Part shown: positions 9,148-17,679 of the stretch, piece after piece
How positions within the stretch are numbered: the first letter of the stretch is position 1
Layout: the number at the start of each line of letters is the position of its first letter
Assembly (NCBI GenBank): GCA_015057605.1
Contig: SVDX01000002.1
Coordinates: forward strand, 24,312-88,311
From: Lachnospira sp.
GTDB taxonomy: Bacteria; Bacillota; Clostridia; Lachnospirales; Lachnospiraceae
DNA: 64,000 nt
Direction of reading: 5' to 3'
Notes under the pieces: generated by a model
What the model saw: only the letters and a program-made list of their open reading frames with translations
Told to the model about the DNA's origin: nothing
The model's database searches: none
Program-made: the position numbers and the translations under genes

Positions 9148-10917
9148 TTATTGGACTGTATCATACTCTAATGGCTTGTTATACGTACTCTCGTATATCT
9201 CTTTCCATATAGCTGCGTTCTTTTCCATCATTTCTTTAACATTTTCATCTTTTGTCTTATTAGTATCAGGATAAATAGGCTCTGCTATATGAATTGTGTA
9301 TTCTTGAACAAGGAAGCCATCACCATCAAGTATGTCGCTATCTTCCATAGTTATGAAACATGGAAGTACCGGAACGTTGTTCTTTGCTGCAAATACATAT
9401 CCACCCTTCTTAAGTGGCTTTGGTTTCTTGTAATTCCACCACATGCTTTGCTCTGGATAGATAAGAATGAAATGTCCATCCTGTAAATGTGTATCTACCG
9501 CCTTCATAAACTCTTTCATTGTCTTTCTATTAGAACTTAATGGCAAGGTATGGCAACTACGCATAAGCATACCAAAAAAGCCTGGGAAACTTGTATAATT
9601 ACCTTCTCTTATAATTCTAAAGAACTTTCTCTTTTTCTGTTTTGCTTCCTCATATGCAAGATGCATTGCAAAGCTATCGTATGCATTAAAGTGATTACAA
9701 GTAATAATTGCACCACTATCAAGATTTTGATAATGTTCAATGCCTTTTATATCTTTTATAACAAACTGCTTATCGTCCATAAGCTTATAAACAAATTTTC
9801 TCGCAGCCCTATATGCCATCTTAGCCTTAATCTTGCTTGAAGGCTTTTTATAAAGATAGTCTACTTCACCTGGTTGTAATTCTCTTGATGGTGGATCATC
9901 CTCAACATCTTCGTCAAACCTGCCTTCTCTTTCAAATTTAGCGATTTTATCAAGAATAAGACGTCTTTCTTTAGAACGTGTTGTTCCATTTGTTACAATG
10001 CTCAAATAATTATCCGGCTTATTTGTCTCGTATATGGCTGTTGCCAAAAGTCTGTCACAAGAAACTCTATCTTTTTCTCTTTGCTCATCTGTATAAGAAT
10101 CAAGTATATTTTTTATTTCATCAAATACAAAGGTTTCTTTTGCATATTTCCAGAAATATTCACCATATCTGCAATCAGCATAATGCCAAGGCTTTGAAAC
10201 CATAATGTAATGAAGCATTTTAAATTCGCTTTCATCATATGGTATTTCACCAAATACTTCTGTATTCCATTGTTGTCCTAACCAAAATACCTTGTTATGG
10301 CATAGGATATTCAAATAATCCTCATCCTGTGTTACAACAAATGTATATACATCAAGCATTTCAATGAATCTTAGAAGTAAGCTATTATCTCTAAATTGCT
10401 TGCAGTTGATTAAAAGCAAACCTGCATTAAAATAGTTATTTCTATCTATGCCCAAACATTTTTCAACATAGGTACCATAGCCATCAACCTGTACCATCGC
10501 CTGTTCATGAGCTGCACCAACATAATTATCGCCGATATCATGATTGTAAAGTTCTGATATATCTCCTGGTACCACTGTATCACTATCAATATATATAGCC
10601 TTATCATATTCTGTAAACATTTCTGCTATAAACATTCTATAATAGGTTGTCTTTGAGTAATAATCTCTGATTGGCAGCTTTTCACTTACAGTATCAAGAT
10701 ATTTCATTACATTTTCAAAACGAATTTCAAAGTTTTCATCCGCCATTTCATGTATCTTTTTTTGCATCTCCTCTGATATATCAATGTTTAATATATGCAC
10801 AATATAATGATAGTCCTTAGATGCATTTGCCATAATTGACTTTAATGATACAACTGTATATTTTACGAAGTTATTATCGCATGCAAAAAATATAGGTATT
10901 GTTTTTGAGTTATTCAT
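9148..10917 (-). CDS. fusion protein: N-terminal GT8 glycosyltransferase plus C-terminal PlsC/LPLAT-type acyltransferase
   Basis: The N-terminal half has the GT8 layout (IPIFFACDNNF..., DxD as YIDSDTVV, NAGLLLIN). The C-terminal half has acyltransferase motif I CNHFNAYD (HxxxxD) and motif III IYPEQS. Confidence 0.75.
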   Translation of the reverse strand: MNNSKTIPIFFACDNNFVKYTVVSLKSIMANASKDYHYIVHILNIDISEEMQKKIHEMADENFEIRFENVMKYLDTVSEKLPIRDYYSKTTYYRMFIAEMFTEYDKAIYIDSDTVVPGDISELYNHDIGDNYVGAAHEQAMVQVDGYGTYVEKCLGIDRNNYFNAGLLLINCKQFRDNSLLLRFIEMLDVYTFVVTQDEDYLNILCHNKVFWLGQQWNTEVFGEIPYDESEFKMLHYIMVSKPWHYADCRYGEYFWKYAKETFVFDEIKNILDSYTDEQREKDRVSCDRLLATAIYETNKPDNYLSIVTNGTTRSKERRLILDKIAKFEREGRFDEDVEDDPPSRELQPGEVDYLYKKPSSKIKAKMAYRAARKFVYKLMDDKQFVIKDIKGIEHYQNLDSGAIITCNHFNAYDSFAMHLAYEEAKQKKRKFFRIIREGNYTSFPGFFGMLMRSCHTLPLSSNRKTMKEFMKAVDTHLQDGHFILIYPEQSMWWNYKKPKPLKKGGYVFAAKNNVPVLPCFITMEDSDILDGDGFLVQEYTIHIAEPIYPDTNKTKDENVKEMMEKNAAIWKEIYESTYNKPLEYDTVQ

Positions 10918-11765
10918 AAATCCATCTCCTGACTTTTTACCTCATTTTCAAATTTCTTTTTCAAATATATGTATTCATACAAAATATCATCAAACTGATA
11001 ATATCTAAAGGTTTTATGTACCTTGCTTACCATCCACTGTTTTATATTATCTGTGTGTGGATATGGCAGATAAAATAATCTTTTTGAAAAATGTCTTACC
11101 ACCGTACTCTTCCATAAAAACTTTTGGTCATTGAATTTTTGTGGAAGCATCTTCTTTTTAGTTGTAGATCTTATAATCGCACTCTGATCTGCAAATGTAA
11201 GCTTCTTTGTTTTTATAAGTTCTCTTGCTTTCACTAAAAGCCCTGTTTTCTTCATTTCCTTTAGATTAAACAAAAGTACGCCTGCATTAACGTAGTTAGG
11301 GTTTATCAGATATTTACCATAGTGATCCCTTGCTGCCGCATATTCATAGCCTTCAACGTCTATATCATAAAGCAATCTGATATCTCTGTTAAATAATAGG
11401 TCTATATCAAGATACAAAAGCTTATCAGGCATATCTGGCACTATATCTGCAAATAATCGCAATAATGTATACGGTGAGCAATATGCCATCTCATTTGGAC
11501 AATATGCAAATTCCTTTTCGTAAATATCAGTAACATCAACTCTTATAACCTCATTATCGCTGTTATAAGACTTTGCTATGCTATCAAGATATGCCACCTC
11601 TTCTTTTGTAATTGAAGTGTACTCTGGCTTTATTCTTGTTATATCCATAGTATAAATGTAAAAGCGAAAAGCTTCCTTTGTATCGCTTCGTTTAAATATT
11701 GAAAGCATACAAGTTATTACGCCATCAACCACCTTGCTATTCCCCGAAAACAAAATGTTAATCAT
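10914..11765 (-). CDS. GT8-family glycosyltransferase
   Basis: 283 aa with DxD in LYLDIDLLF and NAGVLLFN. There is a 4-nt start/stop overlap with both neighbours. Confidence 0.75.
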   Translation of the reverse strand: MINILFSGNSKVVDGVITCMLSIFKRSDTKEAFRFYIYTMDITRIKPEYTSITKEEVAYLDSIAKSYNSDNEVIRVDVTDIYEKEFAYCPNEMAYCSPYTLLRLFADIVPDMPDKLLYLDIDLLFNRDIRLLYDIDVEGYEYAAARDHYGKYLINPNYVNAGVLLFNLKEMKKTGLLVKARELIKTKKLTFADQSAIIRSTTKKKMLPQKFNDQKFLWKSTVVRHFSKRLFYLPYPHTDNIKQWMVSKVHKTFRYYQFDDILYEYIYLKKKFENEVKSQEMDL

Positions 11766-12559
11766 ACCTTTTTCTCCATATATTTTATCATTTCAACATT
11801 GCTGTTTTTGCTTCTTTCAACCATAGTTTCGTACACTACATTTCTAAGTGCCTGTCGTTGCTCCTTACCGCTAAGCTTCTCATCCGCAAAAAATGGGCCA
11901 TCTATGTATGTTACAATTCTTGGTATTTTTCTAAATCGTCTTTTTTGATATGTATTTGTAAAGCAATATACCGGAACCTTGCATTTTATTGGATATCTAA
12001 AGGACGTATCCACAAATGGACGTATTTTTGTATAATACGGCCAAATATGTGCCTCAGGATAAATGGTTATCGTATGCTTTTGCTCAATCCTTGTCTCAAC
12101 TGCACGAATAAAGTTCTTTGCTGCTACTGCATCATCAGGAAGTGGTAGTGCACCAAGACTTGGCGTTATCCTTCCTAAGAACGGCATTGATACGTTATTA
12201 GGATGAACTATAACATATGTATCCTTGGGAATACTTATCATACTAGGAATAAGTGCATCCGCCATAAAATGCGTATGATTTCCATACATAAACCAGCCAT
12301 CTTTATTTGCTTTTTTCAAGGCATCCTTATTAACTATCTTATGCCCAAAATACAGTTTCATATATAAAAATGCCAATGGTGTAGCTATAATTCTATACCA
12401 AAAGAAGTGTGTAAAGCGCTTCCATGGACTGTTATAAATATATGTATAGTTTTCATCTATTTTCTTTGCCGTAATTACAGCTGTCGAAAATTCATTATTA
12501 AGTTCATCAGTATAATATATTACTTTATCCTTCACTTTGATTTTTCGCAATTTCAACAA
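11762..12559 (-). CDS. PlsC/LPLAT-family acyltransferase
   Basis: Motif I GNHTHFMAD (HxxxxD) and motif III IYPEAHIW. The start overlaps the end of the kinase gene. Confidence 0.7.
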   Translation of the reverse strand: MLKLRKIKVKDKVIYYTDELNNEFSTAVITAKKIDENYTYIYNSPWKRFTHFFWYRIIATPLAFLYMKLYFGHKIVNKDALKKANKDGWFMYGNHTHFMADALIPSMISIPKDTYVIVHPNNVSMPFLGRITPSLGALPLPDDAVAAKNFIRAVETRIEQKHTITIYPEAHIWPYYTKIRPFVDTSFRYPIKCKVPVYCFTNTYQKRRFRKIPRIVTYIDGPFFADEKLSGKEQRQALRNVVYETMVERSKNSNVEMIKYMEKKV

Positions 12560-13568
12560 TGAATTTGCTTCCCTTTCCTAATTCGCTTTCAATTTCAATG
12601 TTGCCTTCACAAATATTAAGTATTCTTTTAACTAATGCCAAACCAAGACCGCTTCCTTCTTGCTTGTGTGAGCTGTCTTCCTGATAGAATTTATCAAAAA
12701 TATGCTTTATGGCATCCTTACCAATACCAGGTCCTTCATCCTGTATAGTAAATGCAATATTTTTATCATTAGAATCTAATCTTATAATAATTTTACCATT
12801 ATCAGGGCTGAATTTGATAGCATTTCCAATAAGATTTGTCCATACGTGTATAAGCAGCTTCTCGTTACCACGATACTTTATTTCAGCCATATCTATATCA
12901 AAATCTATATTTTTTTGAGTCCATTGCGTTTCAAAGCCCATTATCGCCTGTCTTATCTGTTCGTCTAATCGAAACTCTGTCGCATTTGTTTCAAGTGTCT
13001 GATTATCCAACTTGGAAAGTAATAAAACATTACTTACAAGCTCTGATAGTCTCTTTGTGTTAAACAAAATGCGCTCAATGTATTGCTCCTTTTCAGCCTC
13101 ACTACACTGACTGTCCTGCAACAGCATTACATAGCCTTCTATTGCATTGATTGGAGTTTTTATCTCGTGGGATACATTAGACACAAAATCTGTTTGTATA
13201 ATTTCTGTTGCTCCCAATTCCTTAACCATTGAATTAAAGTTTGAATATATTTCTTTAACTTCGTCTATCCATGATTTTTCTTCTAATCTTATCGAAAAAT
13301 CACCCTGTGCTACCTTTTCCATAGCTACATTTAATTCCTTGATGGGGCCAAAAAATTTATCATTAACCACCGAAACAACTATAATAGAAATTAATAATAT
13401 GTATATAATCATTTCAAACATTGGCGGCACATTGATACGTATATTAAATATCTTTTCGACAGCCATCAACGAAAGCGATGCAACAATAAGACTTATTATA
13501 ATCTCTGTTATTACAATCATTGAAAAGTAAAAGTTAATACTTAACAGTTTTCTCTTTTTTCGTTTCAC
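12525..13568 (-). CDS. sensor histidine kinase, intramembrane-sensing type (two TM helices, about 15-aa loop, HAMP, HisKA, HATPase)
   Basis: H-box SHEIKTPINAI and G-boxes DEGPGIG / GSGLGLALV. No extracytoplasmic sensor domain is present. Confidence 0.85.
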   Translation of the reverse strand: MKRKKRKLLSINFYFSMIVITEIIISLIVASLSLMAVEKIFNIRINVPPMFEMIIYILLISIIVVSVVNDKFFGPIKELNVAMEKVAQGDFSIRLEEKSWIDEVKEIYSNFNSMVKELGATEIIQTDFVSNVSHEIKTPINAIEGYVMLLQDSQCSEAEKEQYIERILFNTKRLSELVSNVLLLSKLDNQTLETNATEFRLDEQIRQAIMGFETQWTQKNIDFDIDMAEIKYRGNEKLLIHVWTNLIGNAIKFSPDNGKIIIRLDSNDKNIAFTIQDEGPGIGKDAIKHIFDKFYQEDSSHKQEGSGLGLALVKRILNICEGNIEIESELGKGSKFIVEIAKNQSEG

Positions 13569-14236
13569 TTTTTCACCACCTTGTAGCCTACGCCACGCAT
13601 AGTTACAATTTCTAAATCCTCATTATCTCTAAGCTTATCTCTTAATCTACCTATATGTACATCAACAGTATGTGTATCTGTATCTGAGGAATATCCCCAT
13701 ATGTCATCCATTAATTGCTGTCTTGTAAATATCTGTCCTGGAAATGATGCCATCTTGTAAAGTAGCATAAATTCCTTTTGCGGAAGTATCATCTTTTCGC
13801 CTTTATATGTAAGTGTTAACGAATCACATTCCATAAGTGTATTACCTATTGTTTGTCTTCGCTCATTAACCATCTGAGCTCTTCTAAGCAATGCACCCAC
13901 TCTTAAAACCATCTCATTTACATTAACCGGCTTTACCATATAGTCATCTGTACCTGATAAAAAGCCCATCTGCATATCGTTAAATGCATCTTTTGCCGTA
14001 ATCATAAGTACAGGAATATTTATATCCAAATTACGTAATGTTCTTACTAACTCATAGCCATCCATCACAGGCATCATTATGTCTGAAATCATCAAATCAT
14101 AATAACCTTTATGTATCTCTTCTAATGCTTCTGCACCGTTAGTAACACCTTTTACAGTATAGCCATTTTTAATCAAAACTCTTTCAAACAACTGACGTAA
14201 TTCTCTATCATCTTCAACAATCAATACGTTAAACAT
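13565..14236 (-). CDS. OmpR/PhoB-family response regulator
   Basis: Receiver domain (VLIVEDD...DLMISDIMMP) plus a winged-helix C-terminus (TVDVHIGRLRDKL...RGVGYK). Confidence 0.9.
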   Translation of the reverse strand: MFNVLIVEDDRELRQLFERVLIKNGYTVKGVTNGAEALEEIHKGYYDLMISDIMMPVMDGYELVRTLRNLDINIPVLMITAKDAFNDMQMGFLSGTDDYMVKPVNVNEMVLRVGALLRRAQMVNERRQTIGNTLMECDSLTLTYKGEKMILPQKEFMLLYKMASFPGQIFTRQQLMDDIWGYSSDTDTHTVDVHIGRLRDKLRDNEDLEIVTMRGVGYKVVKK

Positions 14237-14258
14237 AACACTCCTCCATTTTAGAAAA

Positions 14259-14310
14259 ATTATATCACTCTAAGTTCAAATTATTGTCAATTCAAATTCA
14301 ACAATTGTTG
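14259..14310 (-). promoter_or_regulatory. extended -10 promoter preceded by three TTGA(A/C) direct repeats phased at 11 bp, plus a 12-bp palindrome
   Basis: Minus strand reads CAACAATTGTTG, then TTGAATTTGAATTGACAATAATTTGAAC, then 9 nt, then TGATATAAT. Repeat starts fall at offsets 1, 12 and 23. Confidence 0.35.
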
Positions 14311-14321
14311 ATTTTTCTTTT

Positions 14322-14358
14322 AACACAAACTACCCACGTCTCATATGAAACGTGGGTA
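14322..14358 (-). terminator. rho-independent terminator after alaS
   Basis: Minus strand reads TACCCACGT-TTCATATGAG-ACGTGGGTA followed by GTTTGTGTT. Confidence 0.55.
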
Positions 14359-14365
14359 TATCACT

Positions 14366-17005
14366 TTATGCTATTTGATTATTTAATGCTTCTTTTGCCT
14401 GTTCAATTAATGTAGCAATGCCATCCGGATTCTTTCCACCGGCTTGAGCCATATTTGGACGACCACCACCGCCGCCACCAACTAAAGTTGCAAGTTCTTT
14501 TATAAGATTACCCGCATGAGCACCCTTCTTAATACATTCATCTGTAGCCATTACAATAAGATTTACCTTATCAGCTGCTACCTTTGATGCAAGTACAATT
14601 ACGCACTCACCAATCTTTTCCTTTAATTGATCGCCAAGATTACGTAGGCTGTTCATATCAACATTGTCAACTGAAGTTGCAAGTAATTTAACGCCCTTAA
14701 CCTCTATTACATTGTTTAAAACATCTCCTAAAGAGCTGTTAGCAAGCTTATTCTTAAGGCTCTCATTCTCACTTGATAATGTCTTTAATTCATCCTGAAG
14801 CGCTTCTACCTTCTTTACAAGCATTCCCGGCTCTGCCTTCAATACCTTAGCTGTATCGTGAAGTTCTTTTTCAACATTCTTATAGTAGTTAAGTACTGAC
14901 ATACCTGTTAGCGCTTCAATTCTTCTAACGCCTGCAGCTATACCTGCTTCTGAAACAATCTTAAATAACATTATTGAACTTGTATTAGCAACATGTGTAC
15001 CACCACATAATTCTATTGAGAAATCTCCCATAGATACTACTCTTACATCATCAGCATATTTCTCGCCGAACAATGCCATAGCACCTGTTTTCTTAGCTTC
15101 TTCAATATTCATAACCTGTGTTACTACAGGAAGTGCTGCTATAATTTGTTCATTAACAATTGCTTCTACCTTTTCAAGTTCTTCCTTGCTTAATGCCTGG
15201 AAATGTGAGAAGTCAAATCTTAATCTGTCATTAGTAACTAAAGAACCCTGTTGTTCAACATGTGAGCCTAAAACAGTTCTTAATGCCTTTTGTAAAAGGT
15301 GAGTTGCACTATGGTTCTTACATGTATTATCTCTATTAGACTTACATACTTCCATCGTAACAACATCATTAATCTTTAAGACACCCTGTGTCATATGACC
15401 AACATGTCCAACCTTACCACCTTGAAGCTTGATAGTCTCTTCAACCTTAAATGTACCATTTTCATTAGAAATAGTACCTTTATCGCCTTCTTGACCACCC
15501 ATTGTAGCATAGAATACAGTTTCATCAACTATAATTGTACCATTTTGACCTTCTGTTAGGGCATTTGTAATCTCTTCTTCTGTTGTCATAACAGAAATCT
15601 TTGATTCGTTTACAAGCTTGTCATATCCAACAAATACAGATGTTATAGCTGGATCAATTTCCTGATATACTGTAACATCAGCACCCATATAGTTAGTTGT
15701 CTTTCTTGCATTACGAGCTTTAACTCTTTGTTCTTCCATAGCAGCCTTAAAGCCTGCTTCATCCAAACCATAGCCCTTTTCTTCAAGAATTTCCTTGGTT
15801 AAATCAAGTGGGAAACCATAAGTATCATATAACTTAAACGCGTCATCACCTGATAATACCTTGTTATCACTTACTGATAATTGTTCAATAAGCTCATCAA
15901 GTATGCTAAGACCTTGATCTATTGTCTTATTAAATTTATCTTCTTCTTGAGTAAGTACTGTAAAAATGAACTCCTTCTTCTCGTCTAGTTCAGGATATCC
16001 ATCCTTAGATACTTCAATTACAGTATTACTTAATTTAGCTAAAAATGTACCTTCAATGCCAAGTAAACGACCATGTCTTGCTGCTCTTCTTAAAAGTCTT
16101 CTAAGAACATAGCCTCTACCTTCATTAGTAGGCATAATACCGTCAGAAATCATAAATGTTACTGAACGAATATGGTCTGTAATCAATCTGATTGATACAT
16201 CTTTATTTTCATCAGTCTTGTATGTAACACCTGCAAGTTCACATACCTTATTACGTAATGCTTCTAATGTATCAACATCAAATATGGAATCTACATCCTG
16301 TACAACAACTGCAAGTCTTTCAAGGCCCATACCTGTATCGATATTCTTTTGTACAAGTTCTTCATAGTTGCCATTGCCGTCATTAGAAAACTGTGTAAAT
16401 ACGTTATTCCATACTTCCATATATCTGTCGCAGTCACAGCCTACTGTACAATCCGGCTTACCACAACCATATTTTTCGCCTCTGTCATAATATATCTCTG
16501 AGCATGGACCACAAGGACCAGCGCCGTGCTCCCAGAAGTTATCAGCCTTACCAAATCTGAAAATCTTATTTTCAGGTATGCCCATCTCCTTGTTCCAAAT
16601 ATCAAATGCTTCATCATCCTCAAGATATACACTTGGATATAATCTGTCTTTTTCAAGTCCTACAACTTCTGTAAGAAATTCCCATGACCAATTAATAGCT
16701 TCTCTCTTAAAATAATCACCAAACGAGAAATTTCCTAACATTTCAAAGAATGTACCATGTCTTGCAGTCTTACCAACATTCTCAATATCACCTGTTCTTA
16801 TACACTTTTGACAAGTTGTAACTCTCTTTCTTGGTGGTATCTCCTGTCCTGTAAAATAAGGCTTAAGTGGAGCCATACCTGAATTGATAAGTAATAACGA
16901 CTTATCGTTATGTGGCACCAAAGAAAAGCTCTTCATTGCTAAATGCTCTTTACTTTCAAAAAATTCAAGATACATCTTTCTTAGTTCATTAACACCGTAC
17001 TTCAT
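14366..17005 (-). CDS. alaS: alanine--tRNA ligase
   Basis: N-terminus MKYGVNELRKMYLEFFESKEH, an editing domain with HSATHLL, and a C-terminal GGGGGGRPNMAQAGG. The first ATG at 17005 is preferred over the TTG at 17017. Confidence 0.95.
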   Translation of the reverse strand: MKYGVNELRKMYLEFFESKEHLAMKSFSLVPHNDKSLLLINSGMAPLKPYFTGQEIPPRKRVTTCQKCIRTGDIENVGKTARHGTFFEMLGNFSFGDYFKREAINWSWEFLTEVVGLEKDRLYPSVYLEDDEAFDIWNKEMGIPENKIFRFGKADNFWEHGAGPCGPCSEIYYDRGEKYGCGKPDCTVGCDCDRYMEVWNNVFTQFSNDGNGNYEELVQKNIDTGMGLERLAVVVQDVDSIFDVDTLEALRNKVCELAGVTYKTDENKDVSIRLITDHIRSVTFMISDGIMPTNEGRGYVLRRLLRRAARHGRLLGIEGTFLAKLSNTVIEVSKDGYPELDEKKEFIFTVLTQEEDKFNKTIDQGLSILDELIEQLSVSDNKVLSGDDAFKLYDTYGFPLDLTKEILEEKGYGLDEAGFKAAMEEQRVKARNARKTTNYMGADVTVYQEIDPAITSVFVGYDKLVNESKISVMTTEEEITNALTEGQNGTIIVDETVFYATMGGQEGDKGTISNENGTFKVEETIKLQGGKVGHVGHMTQGVLKINDVVTMEVCKSNRDNTCKNHSATHLLQKALRTVLGSHVEQQGSLVTNDRLRFDFSHFQALSKEELEKVEAIVNEQIIAALPVVTQVMNIEEAKKTGAMALFGEKYADDVRVVSMGDFSIELCGGTHVANTSSIMLFKIVSEAGIAAGVRRIEALTGMSVLNYYKNVEKELHDTAKVLKAEPGMLVKKVEALQDELKTLSSENESLKNKLANSSLGDVLNNVIEVKGVKLLATSVDNVDMNSLRNLGDQLKEKIGECVIVLASKVAADKVNLIVMATDECIKKGAHAGNLIKELATLVGGGGGGRPNMAQAGGKNPDGIATLIEQAKEALNNQIA

Positions 17006-17013
17006 AAATCTTC

Positions 17014-17142
17014 TCAACCTTTACTCTTTTTATCTTTCTTATCTCTTAAGGCTTTACCTGTAAATACACCGCCAACCATAACTGCCGCTATAATTACAAA
17101 TTTTAAAACCTCTCTGAAAATTTCATTAACCAATGTTGTCAT
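17014..17142 (-). CDS. candidate 42-aa small membrane protein
   Basis: Below the ORF-track cutoff. It reads GGGAGG, 7 nt, ATG, then MTTLVNEIFREVLKFVIIAAVMVGGVFTGKALRDKKDKKSKG. There is one hydrophobic helix and a lysine-rich tail. The stop lies 8 nt before the alaS ATG. Confidence 0.35.
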   Translation of the reverse strand: MTTLVNEIFREVLKFVIIAAVMVGGVFTGKALRDKKDKKSKG

Positions 17143-17196
17143 AGTCAATCCTCCCAACCATGAATAAATTTCACTTATAATATGTTAACATATCAC

Positions 17197-17679
17197 TTAA
17201 TTGTTTTCAAGAATAATATCATCTAATAATTCATTTTGGTCTGCTGCTGATGTTGCAAGATAATCACATCTTTCATTCATAGCATGTCCATTATGACCCT
17301 TAACCCATATAAAACTCACATTATGTGGTTCCATAGCCTTTAAAAGCCTTTTCCAAAGGTCAATATTCTTCACTGCCTCTTTATTGCTTTTACGCCAGTT
17401 GTTTTTCATCCAGCTTTCAAGCCATTTTTGGTTAAATGCATCCGTTAAATATTTTGAATCAGAATATAAATCCACATCACATGGCTTTGTAAGTGCTTCA
17501 AGTCCTGTTATAGCCGCTAACAGTTCCATACGATTATTCGTTGTTTTCTTATAGCCTGCACTATATTCTCTTTCGTGTAATTTACCAGTTGCATCTGTAT
17601 AATGAATTATAGTTCCATATCCACCTGGTCCGTCAGGATTACCTCTTGCCGCACCATCTGTATATATATCTACCTTCAT
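17197..17679 (-). CDS. rnhA: ribonuclease HI
   Basis: VDIYTDGAARGNPGPGGYG, NNRMEL, YSDSKY and NERCD supply the DEDD catalytic residues. Confidence 0.9.
   Translation of the reverse strand: MKVDIYTDGAARGNPDGPGGYGTIIHYTDATGKLHEREYSAGYKKTTNNRMELLAAITGLEALTKPCDVDLYSDSKYLTDAFNQKWLESWMKNNWRKSNKEAVKNIDLWKRLLKAMEPHNVSFIWVKGHNGHAMNERCDYLATSAADQNELLDDIILENN

Noticed and set aside
16441-16656. Same-strand nested ORFs (71 aa within alaS, and 66 aa at 19698-19898 within the permease gene, Gln/Leu/His-rich)
   Set aside because: These are alternative frames of conserved genes with no SD or start context and with implausible composition.
17180-17193. 14-bp perfect palindrome ATATGTTAACATAT just after the rnhA stop, flanked by direct TCACTTA repeats
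   Set aside because: An all-AT stem with no U-tract is not a credible terminator, and such palindromes arise easily in AT-rich DNA. It may overlap a weak promoter (TTGAAA-17-TAACAT), but the evidence is thin.
17018-17196. T-box leader upstream of alaS
   Set aside because: The spacer is only about 190 nt and is largely occupied by a small ORF. I could not find the conserved T-box sequence (AAxxGGGTGGTACCGCG-like) or a specifier/antiterminator layout.
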